A stretch of DNA of 64,000 bases from positions 549,360-613,359 of the forward strand of contig CAWBMI010000002.1 of the NCBI GenBank assembly GCA_963789875.1, given 5' to 3'. Below, piece after piece: positions 40,282-49,525 of this stretch (its first letter is position 1; each line of letters opens with the position of its first letter). The notes under the pieces are model-generated. The model worked only from the letters and a program-made list of their open reading frames with translations. It searched no databases and was not told the DNA's origin. This stretch comes from an uncultured Acidobacteriaceae bacterium (GTDB taxonomy: Bacteria; Acidobacteriota; Terriglobia; Terriglobales; Acidobacteriaceae). The translations under genes were made by a program, and so were the position numbers.

Positions 40282-41969
40282 GACGCAGAGAATTTCTGCG
40301 TTGTGTGGCGAGCCTGGCAGCAGTTTCGCAGTTGCCTTTGCATAGCTGGGGCGTGGCTGCAGCTTCGCCCGGATTTCGATTCTCCGATGTAACTTCCTCC
40401 TCGGGCATTCAGTTTCAGCACAACAGCGGCGCGTTTGGCGGAAAATTTCTGCCCGAGACTCTGGGATCCGGCTGCGCTTTTCTCGACTACGACCGCGATG
40501 GCTGGCAGGACATTCTTCTCATCAACGGAATGGATTGGCCCGGCCACAAGCAGCGCCGCTCGACCTTGCGGCTTTACCGCAACAACCGGAACGGCACTTT
40601 TACCGACATGACGGCGCGAGCCGGACTCGACGTTGAAATGTACGGAATGGGGGTGGCGGTGGGGGACTACGATAACGACGGCTTCCCTGACATTCTCATT
40701 ACTTGTGTGGGGCAGAATCGACTGTTTCACAACACCGGCAAGGGAACGTTCGTCGACGTTACCGAGCACAGCGGGTTGGGGAAGCGCACGGGATTCAGTA
40801 CTTCGGCGTTGTGGTTCGATTACGACCGCGACGGCCTGCTGGACCTCTTCGTTTGCAACTATGTAAAGTGGTCACCGGAGCGCGACGTCTTCTGCAGCCT
40901 TGATGGCAAGCATAAGTCGTATTGCACTCCTGAGGCTTATCGCGGCGAGACTTGCTGGCTGTTTCACAATCGTGGCAATGGCACGTTTGAAGATGTGACA
41001 GCTTCCAGCGGCATTTTCGACAGTAGTTCGAAGTCTCTAGGCGTTGCCATGCTCGATGACGGCCACAGCGGTTGGCCCGATCTGTTGGTAGCCAACGATA
41101 CGCAGCCGAACAAGTTATATCGCAATCAGCGCAACAGCACTTTCAAAGATGCTGCGGTCGAGGCTGGTCTCGCGTTCAGCAGCGAGGGCAAAGCGCGCGC
41201 CGGCATGGGCGTGGATGTTGGCGACTTCACGAACGCCGGCAGTTCCGGAATCGCGATTACGAACTTCGACAACGAGATGACTGGCCTGTATGAATTCGCA
41301 GGAAAAAGTTACGAAGATGTGGCGGCACACGCGGGAGTGGGACTGGCGTCAAAGAACAGCCTGGGGTTCGGTTGTGTATTTCTGGACGCGAATCTTGACG
41401 GTTGGCTTGATCTCGCTGTTGCGAACGGGCACATAGACGAGACAGTTCGGAATATTCGCGGCAATGTGGGGTATGCGCAGCCTCCGCTTTTATTTGTTAA
41501 CGATGGCAGGGGGAACTTTCGTGATATTGCCGCGGAAGTTGGCGGGGGCTTCGATGAGCCCAAGGTCGGCCGCGGGCTGGCTTATGGAGATTTCGATCGC
41601 GATGGCGATCTTGATTTGCTGCTGACCACGAACAACGGACCGGCTTACCTTTACCGCAACGATCAGCTGGCAAAAAACCGCAGCATTCGTTTTCGGATGG
41701 TGGGCACGAAATCGAATCGGGATGCGATCGGCGCGGTCGTGCGCGTTTCCGCTGGAGGATTGAACCAGTCGCGCATGGTGAAGAGCGGATCGAGCTATCT
41801 TTCGCAGTCGGAACTTCCGGTTACGTTTGGCTTGGGGAAGATCGAGAAGGCCGAGCGTATTGTGATTCAGTGGCCGAGCGGGCGAACCGAGGAATTTGCC
41901 AACCTCACCGCGGGGCGCGGGTACGAGTGCGTCGAAGGTAAGGGAATTACTCCGCTGGATGGATTTTGA
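40278..41969 (+). CDS. CRTAC1-family FG-GAP/VCBS repeat protein with ASPIC/UnbV C-terminal domain, TAT signal
   Basis: The signal is MRRREFLRCVASLAAVSQL. It has repeated DYDxDGxxD FG-GAP motifs and a C-terminal UnbV_ASPIC region (NRDAIGAVVRV...SGSSYLSQSELPVTFGLG). The GTG start overlaps the RR stop (GTGA). Confidence 0.85.
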   Translation: MRRREFLRCVASLAAVSQLPLHSWGVAAASPGFRFSDVTSSSGIQFQHNSGAFGGKFLPETLGSGCAFLDYDRDGWQDILLINGMDWPGHKQRRSTLRLYRNNRNGTFTDMTARAGLDVEMYGMGVAVGDYDNDGFPDILITCVGQNRLFHNTGKGTFVDVTEHSGLGKRTGFSTSALWFDYDRDGLLDLFVCNYVKWSPERDVFCSLDGKHKSYCTPEAYRGETCWLFHNRGNGTFEDVTASSGIFDSSSKSLGVAMLDDGHSGWPDLLVANDTQPNKLYRNQRNSTFKDAAVEAGLAFSSEGKARAGMGVDVGDFTNAGSSGIAITNFDNEMTGLYEFAGKSYEDVAAHAGVGLASKNSLGFGCVFLDANLDGWLDLAVANGHIDETVRNIRGNVGYAQPPLLFVNDGRGNFRDIAAEVGGGFDEPKVGRGLAYGDFDRDGDLDLLLTTNNGPAYLYRNDQLAKNRSIRFRMVGTKSNRDAIGAVVRVSAGGLNQSRMVKSGSSYLSQSELPVTFGLGKIEKAERIVIQWPSGRTEEFANLTAGRGYECVEGKGITPLDGF

Positions 41970-41982
41970 TTCGGAAAAATTC

Positions 41983-42597
41983 TTAAGGATGGCTGATCGT
42001 TCCCGAGGCGGCGAGATCGATGTCAACTGATTCGCTGACTTTCAGGAACAGCGTGCTCGGGTTCTTCATGCCCCAGGCAGCGTAGGGAACGGCGAAGTGA
42101 AGCGTCGCGGTAAAGTGATCGGGGAACATTTCGACCTCGGCCGGGACAGTCAGATCGTGCTCCGACCCGTGGATGGCGAAGACGCCGTGCACTTTCACCG
42201 ACGACTTGCCCTGCGGCGCCAGGGTTCCGTCGAAGCGGTCTGGACGGAAGACGATATCCGGGTAGCGCTCGCTCTCGAGCACTTCGCGATGCATTTTGCG
42301 GTCGCGCATTCCGCTGCCGCTCTGCCCGCTTTTGGCGTCCACGATAATTTCACCGGTTAGTTTTTTCCTCGCCGGATCGAGATGCAAGTCGCTCGGCTTG
42401 GCTTGAAAGGTTCCGCGAACGGTATGAAGTACATCGCCCAAAGTGAAGTTGATGCTGGTGTGCTGGGGATCGAGGCGCAGCGCTAAATCCTCGGCCAACG
42501 ATGCAAGACAAGAGAAGACTAGAAATGCGGCCAAACACGGCAGCTTGAATCTCCGAGATAATGTGCGATTTTCGAACAGCGAACGGAGAACTTTCAT
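41983..42597 (-). CDS. YceI-family periplasmic lipid/polyisoprenoid-binding protein
   Basis: It has a signal peptide and YceI motifs (HTSINFTLGDVLHTVRGTF...HGVFAIHG). It lies 4 nt downstream of the flavoprotein gene. Confidence 0.85.
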   Translation of the reverse strand: MKVLRSLFENRTLSRRFKLPCLAAFLVFSCLASLAEDLALRLDPQHTSINFTLGDVLHTVRGTFQAKPSDLHLDPARKKLTGEIIVDAKSGQSGSGMRDRKMHREVLESERYPDIVFRPDRFDGTLAPQGKSSVKVHGVFAIHGSEHDLTVPAEVEMFPDHFTATLHFAVPYAAWGMKNPSTLFLKVSESVDIDLAASGTISHP

Positions 42598-42601
42598 GAG
42601 C

Positions 42602-43738
42602 CTACGCCGTCAAGAGCTCCCAGCCCAGCGTGAGGCTTTCCCGCGCGAGATTCAGAGGAGAAAGGCGGCCGACATGGAAGGCCACCAAGCTTTGAAAAAT
42701 TTCAGGACGACGCTTAAAAGTTTTAAGCACGCGTTGCTGAAATCCCGGGCGGCCATCGAGAGTCAGCATCAATCGTGCCATGAACGTTGGCCGCAGTGCC
42801 AGTTTCCGGTGCGAAATCTGATAGGCGGCGAGGTTGCCGGAGCGCAGAGAACTCGGCAACACCAGGGCTTGATTGAAAGATAGACCCAGACCTTCGCCGG
42901 TGATGGCATCGACGGTACCGGAAGCGTCGCCGATTAAGGCAATGTTCCTGCGCCACACGCTCTTCAGTCTGCGGTTCGCCGATACCGACCCTTTCTCGGT
43001 GGACGAAACCTCGGCCTGACGAAGCCGGGTGCTGAGTTCGGGGAATTGGTTCAGCGCTTCATCGAGGCGAAGCTTGGCGTTATGCGAGGCGACGGCGACG
43101 CAGACTTCACTGTCACTGATTCCAGTTACATAGCCCTGGCTGTGCTTGCCCCAATAAATTTCCATGCGGTCGGTCCAAGGCCGCACGCGATAATGCCGGC
43201 GGAAGGAGTAGCGCAGAGCCGAGCGCGAGTGCGACTCAAGATTCGCCCAGCGCCGAACGCGGGAGTATGCTCCGTCGGCTCCAATAATCCAGCGAGCGCA
43301 AATCCTGCGGTCGCCCAGGCGAACTTCGGTCCGAGAATTGGTGTGCGAAATTCCTGTAACAGTGGCTTGCCATAACTGATCGACGCCCACCTCTGTGGCG
43401 CGTTCGATCATGGCGCGATGCAAGGTGGTGCGGCGAACTGCCAAGCCGTAGACGCCGGAAGGAAAGTCGGCATCGGCTTCGTACGTTTGTTTCGAAACTC
43501 CTGAACTTAAGAAGCGAACTCCCCGCAGATGGCATGCATCCCCGGCGGGCACGCGAACTTTCAAGCTCTCGAGCGCGGAAACTGCATCCGGCATCAACGC
43601 TTCGCCGCAGGCTTTATCGATTGGCGGCCTGCATCCGTCGGCTAGCATCACGCTCAAACCTCGCTGGCGCGCGGCGATGGCTGCAGCCAACCCGGCGGGG
43701 CCGCCGCCAATCACAAACACATCCGTCGAGTTCAGCAA
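42602..43738 (-). CDS. FAD-dependent oxidoreductase/monooxygenase (geranylgeranyl reductase-like fold)
   Basis: The dinucleotide motif is VFVIGGGPAGLAAAIAARQRG, and the GD motif is LIGDASGTVDAITGEG. It lies 9 nt downstream of the PKS gene. Confidence 0.85.
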   Translation of the reverse strand: MLNSTDVFVIGGGPAGLAAAIAARQRGLSVMLADGCRPPIDKACGEALMPDAVSALESLKVRVPAGDACHLRGVRFLSSGVSKQTYEADADFPSGVYGLAVRRTTLHRAMIERATEVGVDQLWQATVTGISHTNSRTEVRLGDRRICARWIIGADGAYSRVRRWANLESHSRSALRYSFRRHYRVRPWTDRMEIYWGKHSQGYVTGISDSEVCVAVASHNAKLRLDEALNQFPELSTRLRQAEVSSTEKGSVSANRRLKSVWRRNIALIGDASGTVDAITGEGLGLSFNQALVLPSSLRSGNLAAYQISHRKLALRPTFMARLMLTLDGRPGFQQRVLKTFKRRPEIFQSLVAFHVGRLSPLNLARESLTLGWELLTA

Positions 43739-43747
43739 GTCTCAACC

Positions 43748-44809
43748 TCACCATTGCAAAAGCACAAGCTCAGAACAGAAACCGGGCCCCATGGCGGCCA
43801 GCAGGCCCAGCGTGCCAGGTTCAGGCCGGCGGTTCTTCATCACGTCTTCGAGCACACAGAGCACGGAAGCCGAAGAGAGATTACCGACCTTGCGCAGGCA
43901 AGCCCACGAAGCATCCAGTTGTCCATTGTGCAATCCCAAAGCGTCAGCCGAAGCGTCGAGCACTTTGGGGCCGCCGGTATGGAGGACAAAACTCTTCAGA
44001 TCGCTTCGCTTGTGGCCGTTATCCGCAACAAATGCGTCCACGTCCCGCCCCAGGTTTTCCCGAATCAGGGTCGGAACCTCGGTAGAGAGTATGATGCGAA
44101 AACCCTTCTCGGAAATGTTCCAGCCCATCATTTCTTCTGTGGCGGGATAAAAGATGGACCGCGTGGCAAGAATCTTCGGTCCGGGCGCTGCATGGCCATT
44201 CTCGAACTCTGGTCCGGTCACAATCACGGCCGCGGCGCCATCGGCGAAAAGCCCGGAAGAAATCAGGTTCGCGACCGACAAGTCCTCGCGCTGCAGCGTG
44301 AGCGAGCAAAGCTCAACTGAAACCAAGGCGGCAGCCTGTTTTGGATAGGCGCGAACGTAATCGGAGGCGCGGGCGATTCCGGCAGCTCCGGCCACGCAGC
44401 CCAAGCCAAAAATCGGAGTGCGGCGAATGTTAGCCGGAAGATTCATGCGGTTGATCAACAGCGCATCGATGGACGGGCTGGCGACACCAGTCACGGTCGT
44501 AAACAATAACGCTCCCAAATCTTTTGTCTCTAGTCCGGCCGTCTGCAAGGCGCGACAAAGAGCCTGCTCGCCTAATTCCTGCGCAACTCGAATCCAGATG
44601 TCGTTGGCCTGGCCCCACGTCTTGATGTCGACATACTCTTCGGCAGGAATGGCCAAATAGCGGCCATCCACGGTCACATTCTTGTGCAGGCGTGCCAGTA
44701 AGAGTGGATTCTTGAGTTGATCACCCCAATAATCCTGGAGGCGTTCGAGGAGGACTTTCTGGGTGTAGTAATGCTTCGGAAATGCGCTTGCCGCGCTTGC
44801 AATCCTCAT
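43748..44809 (-). CDS. type III polyketide synthase (chalcone/stilbene synthase family)
   Basis: The catalytic triad contexts are Cys in FGLGCVAGAAG, His in VLHTGGPKV and Asn in VGNLSSASV. The length of 353 aa is typical. Confidence 0.9.
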   Translation of the reverse strand: MRIASAASAFPKHYYTQKVLLERLQDYWGDQLKNPLLLARLHKNVTVDGRYLAIPAEEYVDIKTWGQANDIWIRVAQELGEQALCRALQTAGLETKDLGALLFTTVTGVASPSIDALLINRMNLPANIRRTPIFGLGCVAGAAGIARASDYVRAYPKQAAALVSVELCSLTLQREDLSVANLISSGLFADGAAAVIVTGPEFENGHAAPGPKILATRSIFYPATEEMMGWNISEKGFRIILSTEVPTLIRENLGRDVDAFVADNGHKRSDLKSFVLHTGGPKVLDASADALGLHNGQLDASWACLRKVGNLSSASVLCVLEDVMKNRRPEPGTLGLLAAMGPGFCSELVLLQW

Positions 44810-44973
44810 GGATTCTATGTCCTGAAGTAAATCTCAGCACGGAATCAACCTCCAAGCCAACCGAATCGAAGGAGCTTATCGATTAGATGCAGGCTCTGGT
44901 ATGTGGTTGTCCCAGACGACTCCGTACCGGCGTATGCATTGTCGCAGAATTGACGGCCTTTTGGTTGTCATAG

Positions 44974-44990
44974 CCTGCAAAATTTGCAGG
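44974..44990. promoter_or_regulatory. 17-bp perfect palindrome, candidate operator upstream of the PKS operon
   Basis: The sequence is CCTGCAAA-A-TTTGCAGG, about 165-180 nt upstream of the PKS start, in a 267-bp intergenic region. Confidence 0.25.
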
Positions 44991-45076
44991 ATTCGAGATA
45001 ACGAAATTCAAGCGCTGCCTGCCGAGACGGACCGATCAGGACTGTGGCATAGACGGCGCACCGAGTGCGCGCCGCT

Positions 45077-46168
45077 CTATTTCAGGACTGCGATCGAACT
45101 CGGCGTGTTGCCGGTAGCATAGGTGAAGATGGCATTCAAGCTTCCTCCGCTGTTGCCGAAGGCCTCAATGCCGGGTGAAGATTGCTGGTTCGCCACGTAC
45201 AAATATTTTCCGCTGGGATCGAGCGCCAGGAAACTGGGATTGACTTCCGAGGCAAACGGCGAATCAGCGATGACGGTGGGAAAGCCGGTGGTCGCATCGA
45301 TCGTGTAAGTCGCGACGTTCCCAGAACCCTGATTCGCCACATAAAGATATTTCCCTGAGGGATCCACGAGGACTGCGACCGGGCCCTGATTAACATCGGC
45401 GAGAGCTGAACCCGGAACCTCTTTCAATCCGCCAGTCGAGCTGATCGAAAAGATGGAAATGCTGTTGGATACTTTGTTGGTAACGTAGAGGTACGCGCCC
45501 TTGGGATCTATGGCGATGCCCGAAGGGTCCTGGCCATCGCTGCTTATCTGGACGATGGGTAAGAGTGCACCGGCGTTCACGCTGAAGCCCAGGATTGAGC
45601 CGAAGGATGAACTTTGATTAAAGCTGGGAGTGGTTACATACAAGAACGTGCCAGTGGGCGATATCGTCATGTTGAGCGGCGAAGCCCCGATCGGAAACGG
45701 CGAACCTGTAACCTGGCTCAATCCACCGGTGCTGCTGTCGATGGTGAATACCGAGATGTTATTCGAGGTGGAGTTCGCGACATACAAATATTTTCCACCC
45801 GGGTCCATGACCAAGTTCTGAGGATCCGTTGCTCCCGGCGTAACCGATGTGCGGGGAGTGATCTCGGTCAGGACACCGTCGCTGGCAATGCTAAACAGGG
45901 AGATGTCGTTCTCGCCGACGCCGGGATTCGCCGTATACAGATATTTTCCGTTCGGATGAACCACCACGGAGGTCGCACTATTGCCCGCGGGGAAGGGGCT
46001 GCCCGCAATCTCCGTAAGCACCCCTGAGTTAGGATCCTCGCGGTAAGTCGCAACTTCATTGGCGGCGGGGAGAGTGGCGAATACATAGTGGCTGGTGGTG
46101 CTGCCGCATCCGGCCAGGCCGGCGATGCTTGTGAGAACGACTATCAAGATTAATGCTCGATGAAGCAT
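45077..46168 (-). CDS. 7-bladed beta-propeller lactonase-family lipoprotein
   Basis: ATG 46168 has a GGAG SD and gives the lipobox signal MLHRALILIVVLTSIAGLAGC. It has repeated LYVAN/LYVTN...ISVF/ISIF blade motifs. Confidence 0.8.
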   Translation of the reverse strand: MLHRALILIVVLTSIAGLAGCGSTTSHYVFATLPAANEVATYREDPNSGVLTEIAGSPFPAGNSATSVVVHPNGKYLYTANPGVGENDISLFSIASDGVLTEITPRTSVTPGATDPQNLVMDPGGKYLYVANSTSNNISVFTIDSSTGGLSQVTGSPFPIGASPLNMTISPTGTFLYVTTPSFNQSSSFGSILGFSVNAGALLPIVQISSDGQDPSGIAIDPKGAYLYVTNKVSNSISIFSISSTGGLKEVPGSALADVNQGPVAVLVDPSGKYLYVANQGSGNVATYTIDATTGFPTVIADSPFASEVNPSFLALDPSGKYLYVANQQSSPGIEAFGNSGGSLNAIFTYATGNTPSSIAVLK

Positions 46169-46347
46169 CCATGACTCCTGAAGGAATTTGAAAGCGCTAA
46201 ACACACGCGAAGAACAATAATACTGTGGCCGCGGGGAATCCGGCGAACTTTGCGAGAGTATCAGCTTTTTGCCGCTGAGGGTGCGATGCAAAAGCTAAGA
46301 AGGGTGGTTGCATGCGGGCTTGCGGCGAGCGCGGCGCCCGGCCGACT

Positions 46348-49300
46348 TCAGTGGGCTGGGCTGGGCGTGGGTGCCGAGGCTGGTGGTTGCGGAAGGGGAT
46401 CTGCTTCGCCGCCGCGCAAGGCCAGCCGCAGGCGATCGAGATACACATAGACTACAGGGGTCGTGAATAGCGTTAGCGCCTGGCTGACGATCAATCCTCC
46501 GACGATGGTGATGCCGAGCGGCCTGTGCAGCTCTGAGCCAGTGCCTGTGCCCAAGGCTAGCGGCAAGCCTCCGAGAAGCGCGGCCATCGTGGTCATCATG
46601 ATCGGGCGGAAGCGCAGCAGGCAGGCTTCGTAGATGGCCTCAACCGGCTTCTTGCCTTGTGTGCGCTCCACGTCGAGAGCCACGTCGATCATCATGATGG
46701 CATTTTTCTTCACCAACCCGATCAAGAGGATGATGCCGATGGTTCCAATCACATCGAGTTGGTTGTGGGTGAGCAGCAGCGCCAGCAGCGCTCCCACGCC
46801 GGCGGAGGGCAGCGTCGACAAAATGGTGATGGGATGGATATAGCTTTCGTAAAGCATGCCTAGCACGATGTAAACGGTGACGAGCGCGGTCAGGATCAGG
46901 ACGGGCTCGCTCGAAAGAGAGTCCTTAAATGCGGCCGCTGTGCCCTGGAAGCTGGCTTGAATCGTAGTGGGGAAATTGATGCTGCGTTGTGCCTGGTCGA
47001 TGGCGATCGTGGCCTGTCCGAGAGAAACTCCGGGAGCTAGATTGAATGAAATCGTGACCGATGGAAACTGGCTCTGATGGTTTACGGCAAGTGGAATGTT
47101 CGAGGGGGCGAAATGCGTAAACGCCGCCAGCGGAATCGGCGCTCCGCTGGAAGAGCGCAGATAAATATTCTGCAAAGCCTCCGTGGTTTGCTGAAACTCG
47201 GGCGCGACTTCCATGACCACGTGATACTGGTTGAGCGGCCGGTACATGGTCGAGACCTGGCGCTGGCCGAAAGCGTCGTAGAGCGCGTTATCGATATCCT
47301 GTGCGGCCACGCCGAGACGGCTCGCAGTGTCGCGGTCGATCACCAACTGGGCTTGCAATCCTTTATCCTGCTGATCGGTGTTGACGTCGCGCAGGTCGGG
47401 CAGCTTGCGCATTCTTGCGAGCAATTGCGGCGCCCAGGTGTTGAGCTCGTTCAGATTCTCGCCCTGCAGCGTGTATTGATATTGCGCATTGCTCTGGCGT
47501 CCACCGATGGTGAGGTCTTGTGCGGATTGCAGAAAGAGCGTGGCTCCGGGCACGACCGCAAGTTTGCCACGCAGGCGGTTGATCACATCGTCGGCGGTAA
47601 CATTGGGGCAGGATTGCCAGAAGTGCCGCTTCACGCAGTGACCCCGGTCGGAGAGCGGTTTCAACATGATGAAGAAGCGGCCCTGATTCGAAACTGTGTT
47701 GCCTCCGGCAAAACCAACGATCGTGCTCACCGCCGGGTCGGTCATGACAATTTTTACGTAGAGGTCCATCTTGCCGCGCATGGCCTGGAAAGAAATATCC
47801 TGCGCCGCCTGAACCGATCCCGCGATCCTCCCCGTATCCTGCTGCGGGAAGAAACCTTTCGGCACGATGATGTAGAGGTAAACGCTGAGGCACGCCACCA
47901 GAATCGTGACGACCAGAGTCACCAACTGATATTCGAGAACCCACTTGAGCGCGTGCCTGTAGGTGTTGAGAGTTTTGTCGAAAAACCATTCGCTGATGCG
48001 ATAAATGCGATTGTGCCGCTCATCGTGCGCGGGTGGGCGCAGGAACTTGGCACACATCGTGGGCGTGGTGGTCAGCGAGACTAAGAGCGAAACTCCGATG
48101 GCGATGCTGAGCGTGACTGCAAACTCGCGGAATAAACGCCCGACGATCCCGCCCATCAGAAGTAACGGTATGAAAACAGCTACCAGCGAAAGGCTCATGG
48201 AGAGCACGGTGAAGCCGATTTCAGCCGCTCCTTTGAAGGCCGCTGTCACAGCGTCCATGCCCTGTTCGACATAGCGCGTGATGTTCTCAAGCACTACGAT
48301 GGCATCATCGACTACGAATCCGGTGGAGATTGCGAGCGCCATCAGCGAAAGATTGTCGAGGCTGAAACCGCATAGATACATTCCGCCGAAGGTGCCAACG
48401 AGAGAGAGTGGCACGGCGATGCTGGGAATGATGGTAGCTCGCACCGTGCGCAGGAATGCGAACACGACCAGGATTACGAGAACGATGGAGACGATCAGGG
48501 TAAATTCGATGTCCTTGACCGACGCGCGGACCGTGACCGTGCGGTCCAGGGCGATGCTGAGCCTGATGGCAGGGGAGATCGACGACTGCAGATAGGGCAT
48601 CAAGCCGATCACGCGGTCGACAGTCTCGATGATGTTGGCGCCGGGCTGCCGGAAAATAATGATCAGGACGCTGGGTTTGCCGTTGGCCAACCCGATGTTG
48701 CGAACGTCCGACACGGAATCCTGTACATCGGCTACGTCTCCCAGGCGAACGGGAGCGCCGTTACGATAGGCGACGATTAACGGCTGGTAATGATCGGCGG
48801 TAAAAATCTGATCGTTGTCGGTGAAAGTCCACGTGGTGGTTTGATTGGAAACTTGTCCTTTGGCCTGGTTTGCGTTCGCCAGGTTCAGAGCGTTGCGAAC
48901 CGTGTCCAATCCCACGCCCAGCTTGTTGAGCAGCATGGGATTCACTTCGGCGCGCACAGCCGGCTGCGCCGCCCCGCCCACGAAAACCTGTCCCACTCCA
49001 CTGACTTGAGCGAGCTTCTGCGCCAGAATGGAATCGGCCGCGTCATACATTTGCGGCACGGTCTCGGTGTCGGAGGTCAGCGCCAGAATCATGATGGGCG
49101 CGTCGGCGGGGTTGGCTTTCCGGTACGTTGGATTGCTGGGCAAGTTTGCGGGGAGCTGGCTGCGGGCGGCGTTGATTGCCGCCTGCACATCCCGCCCCGC
49201 GGCATCGATGTTTCGGTTCAGATCAAATTGCAGAACGATGCTGGTCGAGCCGAGCTGGCTCGTGGACGTCATCTGATTCACGCCGGAGATACGGCCGAAC

Positions 49301-49509
49301 TGGCGCTCGAGAGGCGTGGCTACGGCCGAGGCCATCGTCTGCGGGTCGGCGCCGGGCAGACTGGCACCGACCTGAATCACGGGAAAATCGACTCGCGGCA
49401 ACGAGGCAACCGGCAGAAAGTTAAAAGCAAGAATGCCGGAGAGCAGCAACGCCGCCGCCAGAAGCGAAGTGCCGATCGGTCGCCGAATGAATGGAGCCGA
49501 GATGCTCAT
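46348..49509 (-). CDS. mdtC: RND multidrug efflux permease, MdtC-like
   Basis: 1053 aa with AcrB/HAE1 family motifs throughout. It is the second of two tandem RND genes after an adaptor gene. Confidence 0.88.
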   Translation of the reverse strand: MSISAPFIRRPIGTSLLAAALLLSGILAFNFLPVASLPRVDFPVIQVGASLPGADPQTMASAVATPLERQFGRISGVNQMTSTSQLGSTSIVLQFDLNRNIDAAGRDVQAAINAARSQLPANLPSNPTYRKANPADAPIMILALTSDTETVPQMYDAADSILAQKLAQVSGVGQVFVGGAAQPAVRAEVNPMLLNKLGVGLDTVRNALNLANANQAKGQVSNQTTTWTFTDNDQIFTADHYQPLIVAYRNGAPVRLGDVADVQDSVSDVRNIGLANGKPSVLIIIFRQPGANIIETVDRVIGLMPYLQSSISPAIRLSIALDRTVTVRASVKDIEFTLIVSIVLVILVVFAFLRTVRATIIPSIAVPLSLVGTFGGMYLCGFSLDNLSLMALAISTGFVVDDAIVVLENITRYVEQGMDAVTAAFKGAAEIGFTVLSMSLSLVAVFIPLLLMGGIVGRLFREFAVTLSIAIGVSLLVSLTTTPTMCAKFLRPPAHDERHNRIYRISEWFFDKTLNTYRHALKWVLEYQLVTLVVTILVACLSVYLYIIVPKGFFPQQDTGRIAGSVQAAQDISFQAMRGKMDLYVKIVMTDPAVSTIVGFAGGNTVSNQGRFFIMLKPLSDRGHCVKRHFWQSCPNVTADDVINRLRGKLAVVPGATLFLQSAQDLTIGGRQSNAQYQYTLQGENLNELNTWAPQLLARMRKLPDLRDVNTDQQDKGLQAQLVIDRDTASRLGVAAQDIDNALYDAFGQRQVSTMYRPLNQYHVVMEVAPEFQQTTEALQNIYLRSSSGAPIPLAAFTHFAPSNIPLAVNHQSQFPSVTISFNLAPGVSLGQATIAIDQAQRSINFPTTIQASFQGTAAAFKDSLSSEPVLILTALVTVYIVLGMLYESYIHPITILSTLPSAGVGALLALLLTHNQLDVIGTIGIILLIGLVKKNAIMMIDVALDVERTQGKKPVEAIYEACLLRFRPIMMTTMAALLGGLPLALGTGTGSELHRPLGITIVGGLIVSQALTLFTTPVVYVYLDRLRLALRGGEADPLPQPPASAPTPSPAH

Positions 49510-49525
49510 GCTTTAATGCGCAAAC

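Noticed and set aside
45040-45076. A GC hairpin (GCGCAC-TCG-GTGCGC) just after the lactonase stop, considered as a terminator.
   Set aside because: The stem is short with a 3-nt loop and there is no downstream T-tract on the minus strand.
47077-48084. Long plus-strand ORFs (47077..48084, 48790..49635, 50267..50788, 51989..52642) antisense to the RND genes.
   Set aside because: Their Arg/Gly/His-rich composition has no family resemblance, and the sense strand encodes unmistakable AcrB-family proteins.
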